Below, in pieces: positions 28,650 to 37,736 of a DNA stretch of 64,000 bases. This DNA is from an uncultured delta proteobacterium (GTDB lineage: Bacteria; Myxococcota_A; Polyangia; Fen-1088): positions 64,001 through 128,000 of the forward strand of contig CAVTRY010000022.1 in assembly GCA_963737265.1 (NCBI GenBank), read 5' to 3'. A program made the translations under genes and the position numbers. Numbering within the stretch: position 1 is the stretch's first letter; every line of letters begins with the position of its first letter. The notes below the pieces were generated by a model. The model did not search any database and had not been told where the DNA came from. It saw nothing but the letters and a program-made list of their open reading frames with translations.

Positions 28650-29007
28650 GGAGGCGGTGCCAGCGTTTTCTTGGAAGGCGGAAAGACAGGCGGAGGCGCG
28701 GAGGCAGGCGCGGAGGCGGTGCCAGCGTTTTCTTGGAAGGCGGCGCCGCGGAGGCGCGGAGGCGGTGCCAGCGTTTTCTTGGAAGGCGGAAAGACAGGCG
28801 CGGAGGCGGTGCCAGCGTTTTCTTGGAAGGCGGAAAGACAGGCGCGGAGGCGGTGCCAGCGTTTTCTTGGAAGGCGGAAAGACAGGCGGAGGCGCGGAGG
28901 CGCCGGCGCGCGGAGGCGGAGGCGGTGCCAGCGTTTTCTTGGAAGGCGGAAAGACAGGCGCGGAGGCGCGGAGGCGGTGCCAGCGTTTTCTTGGAAGGCG
29001 GAAAGAC
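28650..29007 (+). repeat. Tandem array, 7 copies of the 32-bp core GGAGGCGGTGCCAGCGTTTTCTTGGAAGGCGG
   Basis: Cores start at 28650, 28712, 28758, 28802, 28846, 28918 and 28970; linkers are built from AAAGACAGGC and GCGGAGGC subunits. Confidence 0.9.
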
Positions 29008-29219
29008 GGCGTCGGCGATCCCTGAAAGCGAGCAGATGGCGGAGGGCGGGGACGACCAGAACATTGGTTTCGTCGTGAAACCTGTCGCCGTAGGCCAGGC
29101 TGGGGCCACGATCAGGAAAGTGGAGTTGCAGATTTGCCGTCGGTGACGAACGTCAGGCAGATCGTTCCCCTAACCACGTGCCGGGCGGGCTCGTCAGCGC
29201 TGTGGTGCTGGGGCCCGGG

Positions 29220-30143
29220 TCAGGCTGTTTCGTTGAAGGGCAGCTGCGGTGGGAATGCCCACAGCGGGAACATGTCCCTGATCTCCCGTGCTCGCTCGCG
29301 CAGGCGCAGGGCACCGGCGCGGAAGGCGTCGACGAAGGCGCGGTAGGCGACGCGAAACTGTTGTTCGGTAGAATCGTCGGTGGCGTGGACGAAAGGCGCC
29401 GGGCTGCGGTCGGTGGTGGCGGGCTTGCTGTGCGGATCCTGGGCGAGGATAGCTTCGACGGTCATGGGCGCGCGCCCCTTCTCTTTGTTGTCGGCCTCGG
29501 CCTTGGCCTGGATCTCGCCAACGACGCGGCGGTAGTGGGCCTGGCGCTGGTCTTCGGTCATGTCGAGAAGACCGGGCAAGGGCGTGAGCTTGACGTCGAA
29601 GGTGGTAGCGAACTGCGTGGGCAGGGTGTGCTCGCCGCACTGGCGGGCAAGGAACTCTTTGCTGCGGTCGAACCATGTGCCGCGGAGGATAGCGCCGGTG
29701 GTGAGGGCGGCGACGCAGTTGGGGCCTGGCCAAGAGGCAGAGCTCGCCAAGAGGCCCTCTTTCGCGCCGTGGGCTAAAATGTAACGCATGCGCGCGTGTG
29801 CCGCTTCCTCGTCGGCGACGACGATGGAGCGGTAGCGGCGCGACCACAGGCGCTCGCGCCAGAAGTGAAGGCGTCCGGCCTCCTTGGCGACGTTGGCATT
29901 CACGAACTGCATGAACAGTGCAAGTTGGCCAGGGCTGGCGGGTGACAGCAAGAAATGCGCGTGGGTGCTCAAGAACACGAAGGCATGGATGGTCATGCCG
30001 TAGAGCACCTGGGCCTTGCCGATGATGCCGAGGATGATGTCGGTGAGCTCGGGCGACGGCTTGAGCAGCAGCCTGCCTTGCAGGGTGCGGGTGGTGATTT
30101 CGACGAGGGACTGTTCGGGGATGAGGCGGAGAGGGCGTGGCAT
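29220..30143 (-). CDS. RAYT-like Y1 HUH transposase (IS200/IS605 superfamily)
   Basis: 'MPRPLR...VEITTRT', HUH 'FVFLSTHAHFLL', 'LWSRRYRS', catalytic Tyr region 'RYILAHGAKEGL', 'WPG'. Confidence 0.85.
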   Translation of the reverse strand: MPRPLRLIPEQSLVEITTRTLQGRLLLKPSPELTDIILGIIGKAQVLYGMTIHAFVFLSTHAHFLLSPASPGQLALFMQFVNANVAKEAGRLHFWRERLWSRRYRSIVVADEEAAHARMRYILAHGAKEGLLASSASWPGPNCVAALTTGAILRGTWFDRSKEFLARQCGEHTLPTQFATTFDVKLTPLPGLLDMTEDQRQAHYRRVVGEIQAKAEADNKEKGRAPMTVEAILAQDPHSKPATTDRSPAPFVHATDDSTEQQFRVAYRAFVDAFRAGALRLRERAREIRDMFPLWAFPPQLPFNETA

Positions 30144-30159
30144 ACGGGACTATCGGCAA

Positions 30160-30530
30160 GGGCGGCAAGAAGTTGCTTGTGCTTCCCCAGAAAACTCTGG
30201 CACCTCCCCAGGCGGGCAGAAAACTCTGGCACCTCCCCAGGCGGGCAAGAAGTTGCTTGTGCTTCCCCAGAAAACTCTGGCACCTCCCCAGGGCACCTCC
30301 CCAGGCGGGCGGCTTCCAAGAAGTTGCTTGTGCTTCCCCAGAAAACTCTGGCACCTCCCCAGGGGCACCTCCCCAGGGCACCTCCCCAGGCGGGCGGCTT
30401 CCAAGAAGTTGCTTGTGCTTCCCCAGAAAACTCTGCCACCTCCCCAGGGGAGCACCTCCCCAGGGGAAAACTCTGGCACCTCCCCAGGGGCACCTCCCCA
30501 GGGCACCTCCCCAGGCACCTCCCCAGGCGG
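30160..30530 (+). repeat. Complex tandem array (CAAGAAGTTGCTTGTGCTTCCCCAGAAAACTCTGGCACCTCCCCAG and subunits)
   Basis: Four long units (~30166, 30246, 30317, 30402) and more than ten GCACCTCCCCAG-type subunits. Confidence 0.9.
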
Positions 30531-30589
30531 GAGGTGTTATTGGGCCTGTCCTGCTCGACGGGTGTGGCGGGCGAGGGCTGGGCGGGCGA

Positions 30590-30754
30590 GGGAACGACCT
30601 CGCTGCGCGAGGCAGCGTGTGGCGAGAGTACGCCAAAATATCTGGTGAAATGCCGCTTTGGAGAAGGCGACGGGCGCGGCTTCTTGAGCCCCAGCTTCGC
30701 GTTTCCATCGTCGAGGATTCTGAGCCTGTCCTTGGCGAGTGGCGGGCGCAGGAT
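30590..30754 (-). pseudogene. IS91-family (Y2) transposase remnant
   Basis: 'ILRPPLAKDRLRILDDGNAKLGLKKP' joined to 'PSPKRHFTRYFGVLSPHAASRSEVVP', both IS91/ISCR-like C-terminal motifs. Confidence 0.6.
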
Positions 30755-30864
30755 GCTAGGGCCTACCCGCCCAACCCCTGCCCCACGCGCCTCGCGCGCG
30801 CCCGTCTCCACAGGGTCACTCGGCCTTGCTTGTCGTTGGCGGCAACCTTGGTAGCAGCCGTCCG

Positions 30865-33162
30865 TCAGACGTGGCCGGCGCGGCGGCGCAAGGTCCACTC
30901 GGCCGCGAGGAGCGCAATTGCCAGGAGAAGAAGCGCCGGGCTTGACCAGATTTCGATGGTGCGCAGGCTGCCCACGCGCACCTTGCGCGGCGGACGCACG
31001 CTGGGATTGCCGAGCGAGCCATCGCGAAACTCGCCGCCGCTCACTGCTGCGATCTCGCGCAGGACATCCGCGCGTGCGATGACGTCGTTGAGCTCGTGTC
31101 CTTCGGGCCGAATCACGAACGTGGTCCTCTCCTCTGCGGCGCGGCCGTCCATGGTGGCCCGCGCGACCATGCGGTAGGCACCAGGATCGAGACCGTCCAG
31201 GTCGAAATGGGCATCGCCCTCGCCGCCGGTGGTTACTTTCAGGGCGCGCGCGGCGGGAGCAGATTCCGCCGCCTCGGCCGGGCGCAGCTCCAGCCCAACA
31301 TCCACCGCGGCCGCCGGCGTGTAATCGGCGCGCAAGGTGCGCACGCGTCCCGACACGGCCTGGCCGCGCCGGTATTCGGCCTTGTCGAGATCGATGCGCA
31401 GCAAGGTCAGCGCGGGATCGCGCACCAGCCAGCGAATGGCGCTCTCCCAGAAACGCTGAAAGGTGCGGCCGTCGTCCCCCATTCCAGCCGCCTCGAAGCC
31501 CCAGTTCCAGGCCGTGTCGGTCAGCAGCGCCAGCGTGCGCCCCTTGCCAACGTCGGCCGTGGCCAGCACCGGGGCCGGCCTGCCGTCAGCGCTCTTTTGC
31601 GATGGATGCACGAGCAGGGCGTGCGCGCCCGGCCGCAGGCCGGCCACGCGGTTGATGCCCACCAGCGGCGGCAGGGCAGCCCAGCGCGCTTCGTTGGTTT
31701 TCTCGTCGAGACTGAGCGAGGTCACTGGGTGGGTGCGTCCCTCGGAGGTGAGCCGCGGCCGGAAGGTGTCGCTGGTGAACGCCGACGGTCCATCGCGAGG
31801 GATCCCGGAAAGATCCACGGGAAGCACTTCGTGCAGGGCGCTCTCGCCATAGAGGCCGCTGGCGAAGGAAAGGTCGCCGCCCACCATCGCCAGGGCGCCG
31901 CCTGCCTCGATGTAGGCCCGCACGCCCGGCAGGTAGGGCTCGACCCAATAGGGCTTGAAGTTGAAGTTGTCGAAGATGAGGAGATCGAACGACTTGAGTT
32001 GTTCGTCGAAGATTTCCTTGTACGGGAACGGAATGAGCGACATCTCGTCGCGGCCGATGGCCATCTCGTCGGTGTCGGTGCGCAAGATAAAGAACGACAC
32101 CAGATCGACGTTGGGGTCGAGGCGCAAGATGGAACGCAGAAAGCGTTCGTTCCACGAGGGACGGCCGCACACGTGCAACACGCGCACGCGATCGCGAATC
32201 ACCTTGAGCGTGAACATCTGGCTGTTGTTGCTGTCGAGCGCCTCGCCGGCCAGCACGGGCGTCTTGATCTCGAACACGTAGTTGCCCGGGTGATCCGGGG
32301 TGAAATCGAAGACGACGCGTTCCTGCGGCGATTCGTCGCGCAGAAGCACGGCCTTGGCATCGATCAAGCGCCCGTCGCGTAGCAGCGATACTTCCACCAT
32401 CCGGCCACCCAAGCCACTGTGGCGGAGGATGGCTTCCAGCTTGACCGGCGTGCGCACGAAGGCGAAGTCGTCGGCCAGCACGGCGGCAACGGAAAGGTCG
32501 CGCAGCTCCTTTTCGCCCACGAGAACGGTGTGCACCGGCGCGCCCAGCGCTGCGAGCGTCTTGCGTGTATCGGCGTCGAGGGGTCCGCGGCCGATGCGGC
32601 CGGTATCGATACCGTCGGAGACGAGCACCACCGCGCCGAGATCGCGACCCGCGAAGCGCCCGTGCAGCTCGGACAAGGCCTCGCCGATGCGCGTAGCCTC
32701 GGCCTTGGGCGGAACCGGCAGGGCGGCGCGCGAGGCCGGCGCGAGAACCTCGCCGAAGGTATAGAACTCCACCTTGTGGCCGCTGCTCTCCCACGCGGCC
32801 AGCGTGGGCGCCGCGCGGGCGAGCAAATTGGCGGCGCGTTCGGATCGTGCCCCGCCGCGGTCGGGGGCCGTCACGCTCATCGAGCGCGAGGCGTCCACGA
32901 GCACGGCCACGTGGTTGGGAACGACGCTGACCTGACCGAACTCAAGCTTGGGTTGCAAGGCCACCATGAGACAGGCGCCGACGGCAACCAAACGCATGGC
33001 GAGCAGTGCAAGCGCCCGGCCCCGCCGCCGTTCGCGCCACAGAGAAAACGCCGAGAGCGCGACGGCCAACACGGCGGCCGCGACGATGAACGCGCAGGCG
33101 GTTCGCCCAAGCTGGGTGCCGAACGCCAGGCGCCAATCGGTCATGAGCCGAAGGTGATTCAC
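30865..33162 (-). CDS. Membrane protein with VWA-like and glutamine-amidotransferase-like domains
   Basis: GTGA overlap with the upstream gene; TM helices; 'VLVDASRSM', 'VLVSDG', 'GGALAMVGG', 'GKGRTLAL', 'RFWESAIRWL', 'AEWTLRRRAG'. Confidence 0.75.
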   Translation of the reverse strand: MNHLRLMTDWRLAFGTQLGRTACAFIVAAAVLAVALSAFSLWRERRRGRALALLAMRLVAVGACLMVALQPKLEFGQVSVVPNHVAVLVDASRSMSVTAPDRGGARSERAANLLARAAPTLAAWESSGHKVEFYTFGEVLAPASRAALPVPPKAEATRIGEALSELHGRFAGRDLGAVVLVSDGIDTGRIGRGPLDADTRKTLAALGAPVHTVLVGEKELRDLSVAAVLADDFAFVRTPVKLEAILRHSGLGGRMVEVSLLRDGRLIDAKAVLLRDESPQERVVFDFTPDHPGNYVFEIKTPVLAGEALDSNNSQMFTLKVIRDRVRVLHVCGRPSWNERFLRSILRLDPNVDLVSFFILRTDTDEMAIGRDEMSLIPFPYKEIFDEQLKSFDLLIFDNFNFKPYWVEPYLPGVRAYIEAGGALAMVGGDLSFASGLYGESALHEVLPVDLSGIPRDGPSAFTSDTFRPRLTSEGRTHPVTSLSLDEKTNEARWAALPPLVGINRVAGLRPGAHALLVHPSQKSADGRPAPVLATADVGKGRTLALLTDTAWNWGFEAAGMGDDGRTFQRFWESAIRWLVRDPALTLLRIDLDKAEYRRGQAVSGRVRTLRADYTPAAAVDVGLELRPAEAAESAPAARALKVTTGGEGDAHFDLDGLDPGAYRMVARATMDGRAAEERTTFVIRPEGHELNDVIARADVLREIAAVSGGEFRDGSLGNPSVRPPRKVRVGSLRTIEIWSSPALLLLAIALLAAEWTLRRRAGHV

Positions 33163-33932
33163 GGGCGCGCTCTCCGCGTGCGCATGATGAAGTCGATGTG
33201 CGCCTGCTCGGTCTTGTAGTCGAGGCAGAACGCGTACATCACCACGTTCACGGCGAAGCGAAAGGCGCGCTCGCGCTGGTCTTCGCCGCCTGGAACCACG
33301 TCGTGCTCCCAGCGCCCGAAGCCATCGCGCGCCAGGGCGCCGCACAGGTCGTTTTGGGTGTAGATGACGGCCAAGCGACGGTCGCGCTCGACACATTCCA
33401 AGATGGGCGAGGCGAGCAGCCGGCCAGGCACGTCGTGCAGAATGTAGAAGGATTTCCACAGCACGTGGTCGTCGGGCACGCGTTTGGGAATGTCGCCGGG
33501 CAGAACCCGGGCGAGCAGCTTGCGCACCGATTCGTCGAAAGCGCCGCCCGCGCGTCCTTCGGCCGAGTCGATGAGCAGGCAGCCGCCAAAGGTGAGGTAG
33601 CGGCGCAGGCGCACGACATCGGAATCGGAAGGCATGGCGAAGCCGCGGTCGCCGGACAGCAAGCACAGCGGATAGCGGAAAAGATCCAGGCTGGCGAGCG
33701 GCAGGTCGAGCGGATCTGGAATCGTCACCAGGCTGGTTCGCCGCTCTACCTCCCACGCCAGACGGCGCAGGGCCGTGGGACGCGGGTCGGGTAGATCGGC
33801 AAAGCGCAGGCGCACCAAGCGCAGTTTGGAGAGATCGCCGAGGGCGAGCGCGCGGCGGGCGACGAACAGCAAGCCGGCGGAGGCAAGTCCGGTCAAAAAC
33901 CTCCGCCGGGCGAGCAGCCCTGGGCTGGCCAT
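33159..33932 (-). CDS. DUF4159-domain protein with Tat-like signal
   Basis: 'RRRFL'; 'LFRYP', 'LRRYLTFGG.LLID', 'AFRFAVNVVMYAFCLDYK'. Confidence 0.8.
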   Translation of the reverse strand: MASPGLLARRRFLTGLASAGLLFVARRALALGDLSKLRLVRLRFADLPDPRPTALRRLAWEVERRTSLVTIPDPLDLPLASLDLFRYPLCLLSGDRGFAMPSDSDVVRLRRYLTFGGCLLIDSAEGRAGGAFDESVRKLLARVLPGDIPKRVPDDHVLWKSFYILHDVPGRLLASPILECVERDRRLAVIYTQNDLCGALARDGFGRWEHDVVPGGEDQRERAFRFAVNVVMYAFCLDYKTEQAHIDFIMRTRRARP

Positions 33933-34037
33933 GCCGCACTCGGCGATGCGGCGCGCCGCAAGCCCATCGACCGCATTGTTGTCAATCGATCGCCGCGCTG
34001 GCAAACGGTTCGCGCTCATCCGATACTAGCGCCTGTC

Positions 34038-34838
34038 ATGAGGTACCTGTCTAGGTCGTTCATCGCCCTGAGTATGATGGTTGTTGTTTCGGCTGTCGCG
34101 CCCAACCCTGCGCGTGCCCAAGAAACCGCCGCCGGTGCGGCGGCGCCCGCTGCGGCGCCCGTGCCAGCCGAACCTGCAGCGCTGCCCGAGGCCGCGCCCG
34201 CAACAAGCGAGGATGGGGCCGCGCCCAAGAAAAGAAAACGGGCGGCGCCCGTGGCGGCAGCCCCGGCCGAGGCTGGCGAGATGCACGCGACTTTCGGCGG
34301 CCCGGCCGAAATGAACCACCGGCTGCAAACCGGGCTGTCCGTCATGCCAGGCACGGGTTACCGGTTGATCGTTCCTTACAAAGAAGGCCAAAAATGCGGT
34401 GACTCCTCGGGCGTCGATAATAAACGGGTTTGCGCCCACAGCGTCCCCGCGTTCTTGGACTTCCAACTTTCCTTCGGCGCGGGCTCGCGGGTAGACCTCA
34501 TCGCCGACATCCGCTTTGGCTTGCAGAGCGATCCCGCGATATCCGGCGCGGGCAGCCACCAGTTCGCGCTGGCACCTGGGTTGCGATTCTGGCTCGATCA
34601 GGAGGTGGCGTTGAAGTTCTACACCACCCTTCAGTTCGTCTACGACTACACCGACTTCTCCGCTTCCGGGACGGGCATCAGCAGCAGCGATGTGGGCGTG
34701 CGCAACGCCAACGGCCTCATGTACGATCCCATCCGCAACGTGGGCTTCTTCGTGCAATTCGGTGAAACCATCGGATTTATGCGCTGGTTCCGCATCGATT
34801 TGGACGTGGGGCTGGGCGCCCAAATCCGCTTTCCGTAG
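34038..34838 (+). CDS. Small outer-membrane beta-barrel-like exported protein
   Basis: Signal peptide, Ala/Pro linker, beta-strand pattern ending 'LGAQIRFP'. Confidence 0.6.
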   Translation: MRYLSRSFIALSMMVVVSAVAPNPARAQETAAGAAAPAAAPVPAEPAALPEAAPATSEDGAAPKKRKRAAPVAAAPAEAGEMHATFGGPAEMNHRLQTGLSVMPGTGYRLIVPYKEGQKCGDSSGVDNKRVCAHSVPAFLDFQLSFGAGSRVDLIADIRFGLQSDPAISGAGSHQFALAPGLRFWLDQEVALKFYTTLQFVYDYTDFSASGTGISSSDVGVRNANGLMYDPIRNVGFFVQFGETIGFMRWFRIDLDVGLGAQIRFP

Positions 34839-34839
34839 C

Positions 34840-35451
34840 TCACTCGGTGGCGGCGACGGGGCGCGCACGGCGCTTGCGGTACATCTTGATGGCGATGAAA
34901 AGAGCGGCAATCGCCACCAAGAAAAGAATGCCGTACTCGGAACGCCTGGCCCATTTGATGACGTAATCGATGTTATCGCCGAAGAACCACGCCAGGTACA
35001 CCAGGGCGGGAACCGAAAGCAGGGCAGCCATCGCATCGTAGACGATGAAGACGTAGGGCCGGACGTGCAACATGCCCGCGGACAGGAAAATGGAAAAACG
35101 CAGACCGGGCAAGAATCGGGCGATGAAGACTACCTTGCTGCCGTATTTGCGGAAGTAGGCGCGCACGCGAAGCTGCCGGCGCGGGGTAAAGTAGCGATGA
35201 CCGAACCGGGTTGCGAGCAGGCGGGTGCCGAACAGGCGCCCCATGGTGAAGGCCATGCTGTCGCCCCCGAGCACCGCGGCAAAGCAAACCAGGAACACGG
35301 TGTGAAGATCGACGGTTCCTCGGTGGGCCAGGTAGCCCGCCGAGATGAGCGAAATGTCTTCGGGAATAGGCAGGCCAAGACCGCAAAGCAGGAGGATTGC
35401 CGCCAGCTTGGCGTAGACATGCGACGTGAGATAACCGAGCAGTGACTCCAT
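34840..35451 (-). CDS. DedA-family membrane protein
   Basis: 'GLGLPIPED', 'GDSMAF..GR', 'ARFLPGLR'. Start at ATG 35451. Confidence 0.9.
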   Translation of the reverse strand: MESLLGYLTSHVYAKLAAILLLCGLGLPIPEDISLISAGYLAHRGTVDLHTVFLVCFAAVLGGDSMAFTMGRLFGTRLLATRFGHRYFTPRRQLRVRAYFRKYGSKVVFIARFLPGLRFSIFLSAGMLHVRPYVFIVYDAMAALLSVPALVYLAWFFGDNIDYVIKWARRSEYGILFLVAIAALFIAIKMYRKRRARPVAATE

Positions 35452-35529
35452 TCGAACCAACTCGTGGCCACATCCCATAGCACGGATTCGCATCCTGGGC
35501 GGGATCCCGTGATACTCTCTCGACGGCGA

Positions 35530-36108
35530 GGGTGCCTCCCTGAAACGGGGGCCCCAGCCGGGGGCTCGGTGAGGTAGCAACTTCTGGCGGAGTGCCGCCG
35601 AAAACGCAGATATGGAACAGCGAGGAACGGAGAAACAGAGACAGGATGACTTTACTGGGCAAATTATCGCCGCCTGCATCGAAGTCCACCGTCACCTCGG
35701 TCCCGGGCTGCTTGAGTCGGCCTACGAGCACTGCCTGGCGCGCGAGCTAGGCCTGCGTGGATTTCGCACGCAACGTCAGGTCGCGATTCCTCTGCAGTAC
35801 AAAGGCATTGACCTCGACTGCGGCTATCGCCTCGACCTCATGGTGGAAGGCCGTTTGGTCGTCGAAGTCAAGGCGGTAGAGCAGTTGCTTCCTGTCCACT
35901 TGGCACAGGTCATTACCTATCTCAAGCTCCTACGACTGCCGGTGGGCCTGCTCGTCAATTTCCACGTCCCCGTACTTCGCGAGGGTCTCCGCCGCCTCGT
36001 CAACCCAACCCGTGATTCCTCTGGTCCTCCGTTCCTCCCTGTTTTTCCCTCCGATCCCACCTGCGCGGGGCGAGGTGAAGCCCCAGCCCCCATTTCAGGG
36101 AAGCACCC
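35530..36108 (+). mobile_element. GxxExxY-carrying TIR element, copy 3 (579 bp)
   Basis: Same TIRs as copy 2; 9-bp TSD CGACGGCGA at 35521-35529 and 36109-36117. Confidence 0.95.
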
Positions 36109-36367
36109 CGACGGCGACTGGCCATTGACAGCGGGGCGAGACCGCCTTAGAAGCCAGTCAGAAAGCCATGCAAATGAAAAACTACCAGTGGACGCTAGGA
36201 TTTTTCGTGGCCGCGCTTTTCGTGGCCACCCCGGCATGCAAGCCCGAGTACCCGGCTTGCGAAACCGACAAGGACTGCAAGAGCAAGGAATTTTGCGTAG
36301 CCCGCAAGTGCCAGCAGTGTCGCGACAGCAACGACTGCGGCGAGGGCCGCGAGTGCAGCAACGGTAA
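35612..36367 (+). CDS. GxxExxY protein; frame reads through the right TIR into the pal region
   Basis: Intact GLLESAY and D..EVK core ending 'GLRRLVN'; no stop until 36367. Confidence 0.85.
   Translation: MEQRGTEKQRQDDFTGQIIAACIEVHRHLGPGLLESAYEHCLARELGLRGFRTQRQVAIPLQYKGIDLDCGYRLDLMVEGRLVVEVKAVEQLLPVHLAQVITYLKLLRLPVGLLVNFHVPVLREGLRRLVNPTRDSSGPPFLPVFPSDPTCAGRGEAPAPISGKHPDGDWPLTAGRDRLRSQSESHANEKLPVDARIFRGRAFRGHPGMQARVPGLRNRQGLQEQGILRSPQVPAVSRQQRLRRGPRVQQR
36125..36153 (+). promoter_or_regulatory. Putative sigma70 promoter of pal-cpoB
   Basis: TTGACA-17bp-TAGAAG. Confidence 0.6.
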
Positions 36368-36926
36368 GTGCAACGCCATCCCCGGCTTCTGCAGGGACAG
36401 CTCGCAATGCCGCGTCGGCGAGGTCTGCGCGGCCAACCGCTGCGGTCCCTGCCAGGCGGATAGCGAATGCCCCGCCGGCTCCATCTGCAACGCCGGCCTG
36501 TGCGGGAAAGCCCAGTGCAAGAAGGACGACGACTGCCCGCAGGACATGGATTGCAAGAAGGGTCGCTGCGTGGGGAGCGCGAAGAAGCCGGAAGCCGGAC
36601 CTCCCTGCCCGCTCGAATCGGTGTACTTCGGCTTCAATCTTTCTTCGATCACCACCGACGGCAGCAATGCTCTGTCCAAGAACGCCGCTTGTCTTAAGAA
36701 GACCGGAAGGTCCATCGATCTGACCGGTCACGCCGACCCGCGCGGCACCACCGAGTACAACATGGCGCTCTCGGATCGCCGTGCGCAGGCCGTGCGCGAC
36801 TACCTTCGCCGCGCTGGGATCGATAGCACCCGGCTGCGTCCTGTGCCGCGCGGATCCCTCGATGCAACCGGCACCGACGAGTCGGGCTGGGCACGAGATC
36901 GCCGCGTCGACTCGGAATGGAAGTAG
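36168..36926 (+). CDS. pal: Pal/OmpA-family lipoprotein with Cys-rich repeats
   Basis: Lipobox 'TPAC'; repeated CxxDxxC units; 'VYFGFN', 'GHADPRGTTEYNMALSDRRA'. Confidence 0.82.
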   Translation: MQMKNYQWTLGFFVAALFVATPACKPEYPACETDKDCKSKEFCVARKCQQCRDSNDCGEGRECSNGKCNAIPGFCRDSSQCRVGEVCAANRCGPCQADSECPAGSICNAGLCGKAQCKKDDDCPQDMDCKKGRCVGSAKKPEAGPPCPLESVYFGFNLSSITTDGSNALSKNAACLKKTGRSIDLTGHADPRGTTEYNMALSDRRAQAVRDYLRRAGIDSTRLRPVPRGSLDATGTDESGWARDRRVDSEWK

Positions 36927-36928
36927 GC

Positions 36929-37726
36929 GTGCGGATTCCAGCAGCGTTCGCCCTGCTGGGCATCACCCTGGTCGGTTGCGTAACCACCGGCCAGGGCGAC
37001 AAGATGAATGCCGACATCGCCAATCTGCGCAAGCGACTGGACGATCTCGACGAACGCGACAAGGACATCAACCAGAAGGTCGCCCAGCTTCGCTCCGTGC
37101 TCGACGAGGCAACGGCATTGCTCGGGCGTAATTCCGCCGATCTCGGCACCAAGGTGGCCAAGAACGAAACCGACATCGCCACCATGACCGGCAAGATCGA
37201 AGAAGCCACCCACCTGGTGGACGAGCTGCAGAAGCAGGTAACGTCGGCGTCGAGCAAACTGGGCTCGCTGGAACAGAACCAGCAGCGCATTGTCGATCGC
37301 GTGGCGCCTACCATGCCCGAGGATAAGGAGGCATTGTGGAAGGAAGCCCAAAAACGCCTGGCCGACGGGCAGCGCGATGAGGCTCGTCGATTCCTGCGGT
37401 CATTCATCCAACGTTTTCCCGACGACCCACGCGCGCCGCAGGGATTGCTCCAGGTAGGAATCTCGTTCACGCAAGAGCTCAAGCACAGCAACGCTGTCGC
37501 CGAGTTCTCGAACCTGATTCAGCGCTTTCCGCGCGCGCCCGAGGTTCCCGAGGCCATGTGGCAGCTCGCCGAATCGTTCGTGGTGCTCAAATTCTGCGGC
37601 GACGCCAAGGCGATGTATCAAGACCTCGCCAGGCGCTATCCCAGGTCTCCACGCGCCGCCAGGGCCAAGGAGCGTCTGCACGATGTGCAGAAGATCGCCA
37701 AGGACAAGAACCTGTGCACGAGCTGA
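36929..37726 (+). CDS. cpoB: CpoB/YbgF-like coiled-coil TPR lipoprotein
   Basis: Follows pal; 'LVGC' lipobox, coiled coil, TPRs ('FIQRFPDDPRA', 'RYPRSPRA'). Confidence 0.75.
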   Translation: MRIPAAFALLGITLVGCVTTGQGDKMNADIANLRKRLDDLDERDKDINQKVAQLRSVLDEATALLGRNSADLGTKVAKNETDIATMTGKIEEATHLVDELQKQVTSASSKLGSLEQNQQRIVDRVAPTMPEDKEALWKEAQKRLADGQRDEARRFLRSFIQRFPDDPRAPQGLLQVGISFTQELKHSNAVAEFSNLIQRFPRAPEVPEAMWQLAESFVVLKFCGDAKAMYQDLARRYPRSPRAARAKERLHDVQKIAKDKNLCTS

Positions 37727-37736
37727 AGCCTCGCTC

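Noticed and set aside
28650-29007. Possible CRISPR array (7 x 32-bp repeats)
   Set aside because: Intervening sequences are short, variable in length and made of the same subunits rather than unique spacers; no cas genes in the window.
28507-29146. ORFs of 137-200 aa across the left repeat array
   Set aside because: They are translations of the tandem repeat with no protein-like features.
29194-31177. Long alternative ORFs across the right array (e.g. 29194-30708, 30137-31177)
   Set aside because: Repeat-derived or shadow frames; only the RAYT frame and the short IS91-like segment carry recognisable motifs.
30865-33939. 1024-aa ORF as given in the track
   Set aside because: The first ~260 codons overlap the DUF4159 gene out of frame; the real start is more likely GTG 33162.
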